Positions 47,782-55,954 of a stretch of 64,000 bases of DNA are shown here, one piece after another. Origin of the DNA: Candidatus Acidiferrales bacterium (GTDB lineage Bacteria > Acidobacteriota > Terriglobia > Acidiferrales > UBA7541); NCBI GenBank assembly GCA_035933545.1, contig DASYYQ010000146.1, forward strand, positions 37,668 to 101,667. Direction: 5' to 3'. Every line of letters starts with the position of its first letter. Position 1 is the first letter of the stretch. The notes under the pieces were generated by a model, which had not been told where the DNA came from, made no database searches, and saw only the letters and a program-made list of their open reading frames with translations. A program made the translations under genes and the position numbers.

Positions 47782-48672
47782 TTATGATCCTGACTTATCC
47801 TTGTCCTTGGCGACTTCCTCTTTGTCCTTCTTGCTTTTCTTTTCCTTCTTGCTCTTTTTTCCGACTTTGGCCCAACGATCTTCGAGGGAATCTTTCGTGA
47901 AAAGCGCATCCGATAAACCAGTGTTGAACTTGCATCCATTCGGATCGTAAAACACTTGAAAAACTTTCATTCCGTTGCGAATGCGCGTCTGCTGGAAATA
48001 CATCGTGACGCCATCGACGGTGTGGAAATCCGAATAGTAATCCACTTCCTCGGTGCGCATATGCGTCACCGGATCGCGCATCGCAACTTCCTTGCGAATC
48101 GGCAAATGCGTCAGCTTCGCAATGGCAATGCGGATTTGATGCCCCTGGGGATCGTCGATTTCCACCCAATCGGCTTCTTTCAAGTCGACAACGTCCGGTC
48201 CAATGTAGCGAAAAATCATTCCCGGTTCATTCAGGCGAAAACGCAAGATATAATCTAAATCCAGCTGCAACTCTTGCTGATTGTCCTTGATTTCACTCGC
48301 AGGTTCCGGGCTCACTCCGCCGCGATCAAGCGTCCAACCTTGGTTTCCGTTCGAAATTTGAATGATATTGCGCTTCTTCGAAAATTCCGTGCGGTCCTTG
48401 TCCGGCAACTTAACAAAGTCCCAAAAACTCTCGTAACTGCTCAACGCTCCCGAATGCCCGAAAGTCCCGAGCATTCCCTTGCATGTGGAATCCTTGACGT
48501 TTAAGTAAGCGCTCCCTCCGAGCGCCTGAATCATTTCCTGCAAAAGAGCCTTGGCCCTGGCGGCGCTCTGCGCCGGCAGCAGCACCTGGCCATCCTGCGC
48601 GCGCGCCGGCACGCTTGCGGCAATCAGGATCGCCGCTGCCATGCTGACAATGGAGGCCCAGCGATACCTCAA
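47782..48672 (-). CDS. secreted hypothetical protein with Lys-rich C-terminal tail
   Basis: Preferred start is the TTG at 48672, which overlaps the stop of the SDR gene (TTGA). This gives MRYRWASIVSMAAAILIAASVPARAQ as a signal peptide. The tail is KKSKKEKKSKKDKEEVAKDKDKSGS. I recognise no family, and the start is uncertain. Confidence 0.5.
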   Translation of the reverse strand: MRYRWASIVSMAAAILIAASVPARAQDGQVLLPAQSAARAKALLQEMIQALGGSAYLNVKDSTCKGMLGTFGHSGALSSYESFWDFVKLPDKDRTEFSKKRNIIQISNGNQGWTLDRGGVSPEPASEIKDNQQELQLDLDYILRFRLNEPGMIFRYIGPDVVDLKEADWVEIDDPQGHQIRIAIAKLTHLPIRKEVAMRDPVTHMRTEEVDYYSDFHTVDGVTMYFQQTRIRNGMKVFQVFYDPNGCKFNTGLSDALFTKDSLEDRWAKVGKKSKKEKKSKKDKEEVAKDKDKSGS

Positions 48673-49433
48673 CCGCACAGGACCGCGCCTCCATTCACAT
48701 TCAAAACTTCGCCGGTGATGAAACTGGCCAGATCCGATGCCAGGAACAGAATCGCTGAGGCGATTTCTTCGGCCGTGCCCACTCGGCCCAGCGGTATCGC
48801 GCTCGTTGCGAACTTCAATCCTGCCTTCGTCTTTAGAACAGGCTGCGACATTTCCGTATCCACCCAGCCAGGCGCCACGCAATTTACCAACACATTGTGC
48901 CGCGCGAGCTCTGTGGATAATCCCTTCACAAAACTAATAATCGCGCCTTTCGATGCGCCATAATGCGTATGCATGGCCTCGCCGCGCTGGCCCGCTGTCG
49001 AGCTCACCGCGACAATTCGTCCCGCCTTTTGCGCAATCATCTGCGGCACAGCATAATGAATCATCGAGTAGACGCTTTTCAAATTCACGCTCATCATTTC
49101 GTCCCATTGCCGCTCGGACATGTCTTCTATTGCAATATCCTTAACATTCCAGATGCCCGCATTCGCCACTAGGATGTCCAGGTGGCCCAAACGGTCTCGC
49201 GCGAATTCCACAAGCGCTTTCGCGTCAGCTGCGCGGCCAAGGTCCGCTCTGTACGATTCGATCCGCGTCCCATGCCTGCGTGACTCCTGCGCCACCTGTT
49301 CAGCAGCCGCGCGATTGCGGTGATAATTAAAAACAACGTCGGCACCCGCTTGCGCGAAAAGGTGCACGGCAGCGGCTCCAATGCCCCGCGAGCCTCCAGT
49401 GATCAGCGCAGATTTTCCCGCGAGTGAAATCAT
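48669..49433 (-). CDS. SDR-family oxidoreductase (FabG-like)
   Basis: MISLAGKSALITGGSRGIGAAA is the TGxxxGIG motif. NAG and the catalytic YGASKGA (YxxxK) are present. The upstream 61 codons of the track ORF are discarded. Confidence 0.85.
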   Translation of the reverse strand: MISLAGKSALITGGSRGIGAAAVHLFAQAGADVVFNYHRNRAAAEQVAQESRRHGTRIESYRADLGRAADAKALVEFARDRLGHLDILVANAGIWNVKDIAIEDMSERQWDEMMSVNLKSVYSMIHYAVPQMIAQKAGRIVAVSSTAGQRGEAMHTHYGASKGAIISFVKGLSTELARHNVLVNCVAPGWVDTEMSQPVLKTKAGLKFATSAIPLGRVGTAEEIASAILFLASDLASFITGEVLNVNGGAVLCG

Positions 49434-49486
49434 AGCGCTCCCCAGCGATTCCAGTACCGGCCGCCAAACTTTGCGCCTAATTCTCT

Positions 49487-50260
49487 TTAAGCGCGAACTG
49501 CGCTGCGCCGCGCAGCAGCAATCAGCCCTCGAAATAATTCCTGGGCGAACGCGTCGCCGGCCGTCCGTTCCGGATGCCATTGCACGCCCACAATCCAGTT
49601 TGCGTCGCCAATCCACTCCACTGCTTCGATAATTCCGTCCCTCGCGCGCGCCACAACCCGCAAATTCCGCGCCGGCTCGCGGATGGCTTGATGATGTGAG
49701 CTGTTGACGTTTGTTTCCATCTTCTCCACAGCCGTTGCTATTTTGCTCTCTGGTTCTATCGTCACATCGTGAAATGGCTCAGGGACGCCGCGCTCGCGCC
49801 CTTCCCACGCATGTGTAATGCTCGCTGGCACTTCGCTGGCGATGTCTTGTGTCAGCGAGCCTCCAAGGTAGACGTTCAAAATCTGCACGCCGTAACAGAT
49901 AGCCAGGACTGGTTTGCCTTCGGCGAAGCAGTGGCTCAACAGCGCTAGATCCGTCGCCTCGCGCGCCCGGTCCGCCTCCGCTGTTTTTGGGTGCAGTGCC
50001 GCGCCATAACGCGCCGGATCCACGTCCGCCGGACTGCCCGGCAGTACGATCGCATCGAGCCCTCGGGCCAGCTTCTTCAACTCAGGCGATGCTAAACCCA
50101 GCGAAATCTCAACCGCGGTGCCACCAGCATTCTCAACCGCGCGCACGTACTTCTCGTACTTTTCCCGAACGCCGCTAACTTCTTCTTTATGCGTCCGGTA
50201 CGGGATACCAACCCGCATTCGTTGCGCAGGCTTGCCCGATGAACTCTCCGATGGAGGCAT
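49487..50260 (-). CDS. class-I glutamine amidotransferase / peptidase C26 (gamma-glutamyl-GABA hydrolase-like)
   Basis: GKPVLAICYGVQILN contains the nucleophile Cys. NSSHHQA and GVQWHPE (His-Glu) are typical of the PuuD/C26 family. Confidence 0.8.
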   Translation of the reverse strand: MPPSESSSGKPAQRMRVGIPYRTHKEEVSGVREKYEKYVRAVENAGGTAVEISLGLASPELKKLARGLDAIVLPGSPADVDPARYGAALHPKTAEADRAREATDLALLSHCFAEGKPVLAICYGVQILNVYLGGSLTQDIASEVPASITHAWEGRERGVPEPFHDVTIEPESKIATAVEKMETNVNSSHHQAIREPARNLRVVARARDGIIEAVEWIGDANWIVGVQWHPERTAGDAFAQELFRGLIAAARRSAVRA

Positions 50261-50319
50261 AGAATTTCAATCCTACCATTGCTGTTCATACCCGGCAATA
50301 AGCGCAATCGAACAGCCAT

Positions 50320-51072
50320 TTACCATTGAATGGATCTGGCAAACTCGCGAACCGCCTCCGAAAACACCTCCGGTTGATCGATGTTGGAGATATGGAACGC
50401 CTTGGGAATCACCTTCAGCCGCCCGTTTTTCGCCGCCGCAAGGAATTTCTTCTCATGCAGACGGAAGCCAAGGTCCCTGGCTCCATTTAACAGCAAAACC
50501 GGCCCGGGAAACGCTGCCAGCCGGGGAACGAATTTCTGGCGCATCACTTCGCGAATCCCGGCAGCGCCTCCGCGCATAAAAAATCCCGGAGCGATCAGTG
50601 GTTGCGCCCGCCGTTCGCCGTAAGCCAGTAGGAAGGCCTTGCGGCTCACCCAGTTGAGCCAGGGCTCCGGCAATTTATCCATCAATGCGGAGAGAACCGC
50701 ATAGGGAAATGCATACCAGCCTTGAGGCTCAACCGACGCGCTCGCAATCACCAGCCCAGCCGCTTTTTGCGGGTATTTTGCGCCGAATTCCATAGCGATA
50801 TAGCCGCCGAGCGAAAGCCCAACCACCAGCGCGCGTCCGTTCGCCGTCTCGTCTATCACCGCAGCCAATTCGTCAGCGCAACGTTCCACGTGGAACATTT
50901 CGCCCTTCAGGCAGCCGTGGCCGGCCAGGTCCGCCGCTATCACGCGGAATTCATCGGCCAGCCGCTCCATCTGCGGCTGCCACATTCGGCGGGTGACTCG
51001 CATCCCGTGCAAGAACACGATTGGATGCGCATTCAGCGGCCCAGCCACGTCGTAGCTCTCCACGCGTGCCAT
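50320..51072 (-). CDS. alpha/beta-fold hydrolase
   Basis: PIVFLHGM is followed by the nucleophile elbow VVGLSLGGYIA (GxSxG), and there is a C-terminal His context (KAFHISNIDQPE). Confidence 0.75.
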   Translation of the reverse strand: MARVESYDVAGPLNAHPIVFLHGMRVTRRMWQPQMERLADEFRVIAADLAGHGCLKGEMFHVERCADELAAVIDETANGRALVVGLSLGGYIAMEFGAKYPQKAAGLVIASASVEPQGWYAFPYAVLSALMDKLPEPWLNWVSRKAFLLAYGERRAQPLIAPGFFMRGGAAGIREVMRQKFVPRLAAFPGPVLLLNGARDLGFRLHEKKFLAAAKNGRLKVIPKAFHISNIDQPEVFSEAVREFARSIQW

Positions 51073-51275
51073 CAGTATATGGAGATTCTATCTGGTGCCG
51101 CTCCGCTACACGACGGCAAACGACGATACGCGACAACACTTGACGGATTGCTCCCCCGTACCTCGGGTCAGGGTTGCTCCTTCCGCGTCCACACCAAAAC
51201 CCGCGCTTAATTCCACGCTGTTTCCGGCGTACGATTCCGATACACATTCTTTTTGTGAATCAGGAGGGATTGTTC

Positions 51276-52115
51276 ATGCGCGTCGCAGAACCGAAGATGT
51301 CACGCGTGGCCGTGGCGGGAAACGTGGGAGCCGCCGCGCCCAAAGCAGATGACTTCAAATTCATCCGCTTCCGCATTGAGGGTGAAGTCGCGCGGCTAAC
51401 TCTCGACCGTCCCGAGCACAACATGCTGAACGAGCGCATGCTCGCCGAACTTGCTGCCGGAATCGATTCTCTCGAGGGGCGCGGCGACGTCAAGCTGATC
51501 ATCCTGGATTCGGCCGGACAATCTTTTTGCGGCGGCATCGAATTGGGCGAATACACCCCGCGGCGCGCCTTTCAGGTGCTGGATGCGTTCCAGCGCGCCT
51601 TCATTGCCATGCTCGACACCGCCAAACCTTTGCTTGTGGTCGTCAACGGTCCTGCGTTCGGAGGCGGCTCGGAACTTGCGGCGCTGGGAGATTTGGTGGT
51701 GGCAACGCCGCGCGCGAAATTCGCGCAGCCAGAAATCAAGCTCGGCGTTTTCCCCCCGTTGGCCGCGGCGATTTTGCCGTTCATTGTCGGCCCCAAGCGT
51801 GCTCTCGAGCTTGTGCTCACGGGCGAAGTGATCAGCGCCGAAGGAGCCCGCAATTTGGGTTTGGTCAATCGCGTGGTGACCGAAGACAAACTCGAAGCCA
51901 CGGTGAAAGAGATGAGCGAGCAAGTGACCGCGCACTCTGGACCTGTCCTCACCATGGCCAAAAAAGCGATCTTGGGCTCCATGGGGCTTTCCTTGCGCGA
52001 AGGCGTCCGCCAATCCATGGCCGTCTTTTTGAACGAGCTTTCTTCGCTCGAGGATTCCAGCGAAGGCTTGCGCGCCATCGCCGAAAAGCGCTCGCCCAAA
52101 TGGAAAAATCGCTGA
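51276..52115 (+). CDS. enoyl-CoA hydratase/isomerase (crotonase) family protein
   Basis: ATG at 51276 lies after AGGAGGG. LTLDRPEHNMLN, FCGGIELGE, VVNGPAFGGGSELAALGDLVVA, and a C-terminal EGLRAIAEKRSPKW. Confidence 0.8.
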   Translation: MRVAEPKMSRVAVAGNVGAAAPKADDFKFIRFRIEGEVARLTLDRPEHNMLNERMLAELAAGIDSLEGRGDVKLIILDSAGQSFCGGIELGEYTPRRAFQVLDAFQRAFIAMLDTAKPLLVVVNGPAFGGGSELAALGDLVVATPRAKFAQPEIKLGVFPPLAAAILPFIVGPKRALELVLTGEVISAEGARNLGLVNRVVTEDKLEATVKEMSEQVTAHSGPVLTMAKKAILGSMGLSLREGVRQSMAVFLNELSSLEDSSEGLRAIAEKRSPKWKNR

Positions 52116-52258
52116 GAAAACGCGGTGCAGAACGTTGTCGCAGGCGTGCGGCCGTGTCCATGCGGGATTTGACTCGAAGCGGCGTTGCGCATAGACTCGC
52201 ATTCGTTCTTTCGACAGTTCACTGGACTGTCGTCAGGGCAACGTAAAATTGAACCGGC

Positions 52259-52542
52259 TCGCGGGGCAGACCCTTCGGAGAGTCCACTGGACTATCCTCA
52301 GGGCAAAAAGGAAGGCCGTGAAAATCGGCCACGGTCCCGCCACTGTGATCGGCAGGCGCTGCTCAAACATGGCAGCAGCGCGAAATAGCTCGCAAAGGAT
52401 TTTGCTGCGCGCGAATCAAGAAGTGCGCCGCAAACATAAACCGAGCGCCGAAAGTCAGGAACTTGCGCGAGTCGCGTGACGCAGCTCTCTTCGCGAGAAA
52501 GAGTGCCGCGAGTCGCCCCATGATTTCTCGTGGGGCTTTTTT
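52259..52542 (+). promoter_or_regulatory. cobalamin riboswitch with intrinsic terminator (leader of the B12-uptake operon)
   Basis: The core is AGGGCAAAAAGGAAGGCCGTGAAAATCGGCCACGGTCCCGCCACTGTGA (52300-52348). The B12-box-like segment AAGTCAGGAACTTGC lies at 52451-52465. Candidate P1 pairs CTCGCG (52259-52264) with CGCGAG (52466-52471). A terminator hairpin lies at 52515-52542. Confidence 0.8.
52515..52542 (+). terminator. rho-independent terminator (riboswitch expression platform)
   Basis: GCCCCA (52515-52520) and TGGGGC (52531-52536) form a 6-bp stem with a 10-nt loop, followed by TTTTTT (52537-52542), 14 nt before the ATG at 52556. Confidence 0.6.
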
Positions 52543-52555
52543 ATTGCGCAAGGAA

Positions 52556-53683
52556 ATGCGCCGAATAAAACATCATGCGGTGAGCGTAGCAATTGTGGCG
52601 CTGATTTGCAGTGCGTTCAGTTTTGCGAATGTGCGCGCGCAAGGCCAATTAGCGGTGGCGCAAAAAACTGGAACAGAAAAGGCTATCGGAATGCTAGCGG
52701 CGAAGCGCACCGTGATTGATGAGTCGGGGCGAAAGGTTGAGGTGCCCGCAAACGTGCGGCGCATCGTCACCCTTGCTCCCAACCTCGCCGAGATTGTGTA
52801 CGCGCTCGGCGTGCAAGACCGGCTCGTAGGCGTCTCCAATTTCACCGATTATCCTGTCGCAGCAAGAGCGAAGCCGAGCATCGGCATGCCTGTGAATCCC
52901 AGCCTCGAAGCTATCGTCGGGGCGCACCCCGACGTTGTGCTGGCCACTGCCGTCAACACCTGGGAAACGGTCAACTCGCTGGCGCGCCTGGGGATTGCCG
53001 TCTACACCACGGATCCACACACGGTCGCCGGCATGTTGCGCTCCATCACTGATATTGGCGAAGTGATTGGCGCACGTGAACAGGCGCAAACACTCGTCCA
53101 AAAATTACAAGTGCGTCTGAATGTCCTGCAAGCAAAACTGAAGAATTCTTCGCCTGTGCCCGCGCTTTTTGTTGTCTGGGATCATCCATTGATTTCCGTT
53201 GGAGAAAGCACTTTCATCACTGACGCATTGCGCTTGGCTGGTGCGAGATCCGTCATTCGCACCAAACAAGACTGGCCGCAGGTGAGCATGGAAGAAATCG
53301 TGAAGCTCAATCCCGAATATATTATCTATGCAGACAGTCATATGGGAGCGGGCTCCGGCGGCGATTCCGCGAAACTCGCAAATGTTCCGTCTGCCATCGC
53401 CAAGCATCTGAACCAACTGCGCGCCGATTCAAATTGGCGCGACCTTTCCGCCGTCCGCGAGGGCCACATTGCCGTGGTCAGCGATGAAATCGACGTGCCG
53501 GCGCCGGGACTCATCGACGTCATCGAGCAGTTGACGCAAGAATTGCATCCGCACCTTTTTCAGAAAGAAAACCAATCGTCGCTCAATAATTTCCGGAATT
53601 CCCGGCAAAAGCGGCGCAATACGCCCGCGTTTACCTGTGCCCGCCAAAACATTTCTCCGGGGGCGACGCCTTGCGCTCGCTAA
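52556..53683 (+). CDS. periplasmic substrate-binding protein, BtuF/FhuD (Peripla_BP_2) type
   Basis: Signal peptide MRRIKHHAVSVAIVALICSAFSFANVRAQ. RIVTLAPNLAEIVYALG...LVGVSNFTDYP...PSLEAIVGAHPDVVLA...PEYIIY is the typical BtuF-like layout. It sits behind a cobalamin riboswitch. Confidence 0.8.
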   Translation: MRRIKHHAVSVAIVALICSAFSFANVRAQGQLAVAQKTGTEKAIGMLAAKRTVIDESGRKVEVPANVRRIVTLAPNLAEIVYALGVQDRLVGVSNFTDYPVAARAKPSIGMPVNPSLEAIVGAHPDVVLATAVNTWETVNSLARLGIAVYTTDPHTVAGMLRSITDIGEVIGAREQAQTLVQKLQVRLNVLQAKLKNSSPVPALFVVWDHPLISVGESTFITDALRLAGARSVIRTKQDWPQVSMEEIVKLNPEYIIYADSHMGAGSGGDSAKLANVPSAIAKHLNQLRADSNWRDLSAVREGHIAVVSDEIDVPAPGLIDVIEQLTQELHPHLFQKENQSSLNNFRNSRQKRRNTPAFTCARQNISPGATPCAR

Positions 53684-54687
53684 CGCCGCGGCGCATTGCA
53701 TGGATTTGCGCCGCCCTTGCCGGAATCCTGTTCGTCGTTGTGGTGTTTTCGCTGAAAGTGGGCGCCTATCCCATCGACGTCGGCGACGCAGTAATGACCC
53801 TGGCGCGCGGCGCCGTCGGACATTGGAATGCCATCCCCTCGTCTGACAGGTTAGTGGTTTTTGGTTTGCGCCTGCCGCGCATTGCCCTGGGAATTTTAGT
53901 CGGCGCTGCATTATCCGTGTCCGGCGCATCTTTCCAGGCTCTGCTGCGCAACCCGCTGGCGGATCCGTACGTGCTAGGCGTCTCCAGCGGCGCAGCGCTT
54001 GGCGCGATTTTTTCGCTGGCGTGGTTTCCGCGCGAGCCCTGGACCATGCAGGCCTTGGCATTCGTAGGTGCGCTCGTAACCATCGCCGCCGTTTACTTTC
54101 TGGGGCGGCGCGGTGGCCAACTCGACAGCACCACTTTGTTACTCGCGGGAATTGTGGCCGCATCTTTTCTTTCAGCAATTATTATGTTTCTGATGACCAC
54201 GCTCAGCGGGCGCGACCTGCGCGGAATGGCTTTTTGGCTGATGGGTGATCTTGCCACCGCGCCGGCGGTTCGTCTGGGATTCTTGTTTTTGGTGTTGCTT
54301 CTGACCATTGGCGCCATTTACACCACCGCGTCCGATCTAAATCTAATTTTGACCGGCGAGCAGGAGGCGCGTCATCTCGGCGTGAATGTCCCGCGCGTGA
54401 AGCTGGTAGTGTACGTGGGCGCATCGTTGCTGACGGGTCTCGCCGTATCCGTGAGCGGCGCCATCGGCTACGTTGGACTGCTGATTCCCCACGTGATTCG
54501 CATGATTTTCGGCTCCGATTATCGCCTGCTGATTCCTGCATCAGCGCTCGGCGGCGCCATTGCCGTAACGCTCGCCGACACGCTCGCGCGCACCATTGTT
54601 GCTCCCACGGAACTGCCTGTTGGCGCAATGACCGCGGCGATTGGCGCGCCCGTTTTCATCTATCTTCTGAAGCGGAGACTCGCTTGA
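53671..54687 (+). CDS. FecCD-family ABC permease (BtuC-like)
   Basis: About 10 TM segments. RLPRIALGILVGAALSVSGASFQALLRNPLADPYVLGVSSGAALGA and GAIGYVGLLIPHVIRMIFGSDYRLLIP are FecCD signatures. TTG start overlaps the previous gene. Confidence 0.85.
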   Translation: MRSLTPRRIAWICAALAGILFVVVVFSLKVGAYPIDVGDAVMTLARGAVGHWNAIPSSDRLVVFGLRLPRIALGILVGAALSVSGASFQALLRNPLADPYVLGVSSGAALGAIFSLAWFPREPWTMQALAFVGALVTIAAVYFLGRRGGQLDSTTLLLAGIVAASFLSAIIMFLMTTLSGRDLRGMAFWLMGDLATAPAVRLGFLFLVLLLTIGAIYTTASDLNLILTGEQEARHLGVNVPRVKLVVYVGASLLTGLAVSVSGAIGYVGLLIPHVIRMIFGSDYRLLIPASALGGAIAVTLADTLARTIVAPTELPVGAMTAAIGAPVFIYLLKRRLA

Positions 54688-55580
54688 GCATTTCGCAAAT
54701 GACAACCATGAATTCGAGCGCGGGCACTCTGGCAGGCTGGATGGAACATCCGGTGCGCCTGGTGGTCGAGCAAGCGCAATATGCGTATTTGGCTGCCGCT
54801 CCAACGGCCCCAAAATTTACGCTGGGCCCTGTAAGCTTCACAGCGCGTCAGCGCGAGATCGTCGGAATTCTCGGGCCCAACGCCAGCGGAAAATCCACTC
54901 TCCTACAAATGGTGGCGGGAGAATTCAACGCACTCTCTGGCCGCGTCGAACTCGATGGAAAATCTCTCTGTGCCCTTTCGCTGCGCGAACGCGCCCAGCG
55001 CGTCGCCATTGTGCATCAGGAAAGCAATCTGCTTTTTCCGCTGAGCGTCTGGGAGTACGTGCTGCAAGGAAGGTATCCTTATGGCCGCCGATTGCGCTTC
55101 GAGAATGAAGCGGATCACCTGATGGCGCAAAATGCTCTCGAACAGACCGGCGCGGAAGCTCTGGCCGAGCGCCGCATGGACCAGCTCTCCGGCGGCGAAC
55201 GGCAGCGCGTCGTGCTAGCGCGCGCTCTCGCGCAACAGCCGCAGCTTTTGCTCCTTGATGAGCCAACCCGCCATTTGGATATTGGCGGAAAAGTGGAACT
55301 GATGCGGCGTTTGCGCCGCCTCACTGAGCAGAATCGCTACACGGCTGTCGTCGTCACCCACGAATTGAATCTCGCCGCGCAGTTTTTCGATTTCATTGTG
55401 CTGCTGCACGGCGGCAAATGCGTCGCGGCGGGCAAACCCGACGAAGTCTACCGCGCGGAATTGCTCGAGCAGGTTTTCAGCACGTCGCTGCAAGTCGAAA
55501 GTAGCGCCAACGGCCGCCCGCGCGTCATTTTGCAAGGCGCCGCCGCGGATGGGGATTTGTCAGAAGCAAAAAGCGAATAG
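54684..55580 (+). CDS. ABC transporter ATP-binding protein (BtuD/FecE-like)
   Basis: Walker A GPNASGKST, signature LSGGERQRV, Walker B LLLLDEPTRHLD, H-loop VVVTHELN. The N-terminal ~45 aa are non-canonical and the start is uncertain. Confidence 0.85.
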   Translation: MSISQMTTMNSSAGTLAGWMEHPVRLVVEQAQYAYLAAAPTAPKFTLGPVSFTARQREIVGILGPNASGKSTLLQMVAGEFNALSGRVELDGKSLCALSLRERAQRVAIVHQESNLLFPLSVWEYVLQGRYPYGRRLRFENEADHLMAQNALEQTGAEALAERRMDQLSGGERQRVVLARALAQQPQLLLLDEPTRHLDIGGKVELMRRLRRLTEQNRYTAVVVTHELNLAAQFFDFIVLLHGGKCVAAGKPDEVYRAELLEQVFSTSLQVESSANGRPRVILQGAAADGDLSEAKSE

Positions 55581-55680
55581 CAAACCAAGTTTGGGTTTGA
55601 GCAGGTGCAGTCAATTGAAGCACCGGCGGAGATCGGCTAGCTGAAAAGCGAATCGGCATCCCCTGGAAAAATTCACCACG

Positions 55681-55849
55681 AAACTCCGTGCACGGGAAGG
55701 CGGTGCAAAGCCGCCGCCGCTGCGCGACTGTAAGGCGGAAAAAATCGGGCGCACGTCACTGCGCCGGACGCTTCGTCGAAAGACGCGGCGCCGTTGCGGG
55801 AAGGCCGCGCCAGAAAGAATGCCGCCAAGCCAGGAGACCGGCGGAGTTT
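55681..55849 (+). promoter_or_regulatory. second cobalamin riboswitch (leader of the TonB-dependent receptor)
   Basis: P1 pairs AAACTCCG (55681-55688) with CGGAGTTT (55842-55849). The core is CACGGGAAGGCGGTGCAAAGCCGCCGCCGCTGCGCGACTGTAAGG. The B12 box AAGCCAGGAGACCGGCGG lies at 55827-55844. Confidence 0.85.
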
Positions 55850-55954
55850 CTATCCCGAAGTCGCAAGCTGCGGCGCGGAAGTTCCCGCGCGAAACGCCGC
55901 TTCGCCTTCGGGACAACCTTCACACTCCCGCGCGAGAGGGAGACGGAGGAAACC

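Noticed and set aside
53429-54178. 249-aa minus-strand, extremely Arg-rich ORF
   Set aside because: It is antisense to the end of the btuF-like gene and to the FecCD permease. The Arg-rich composition is what the reverse frame of a GC-rich membrane-protein gene produces.
55688-55954. N-terminal 89 codons of track ORF 55688..58162
   Set aside because: This stretch is the cobalamin riboswitch (P1 helix, core and B12 box are all visible). The real receptor starts at ATG 55955 with a GGAGG RBS and a signal peptide.
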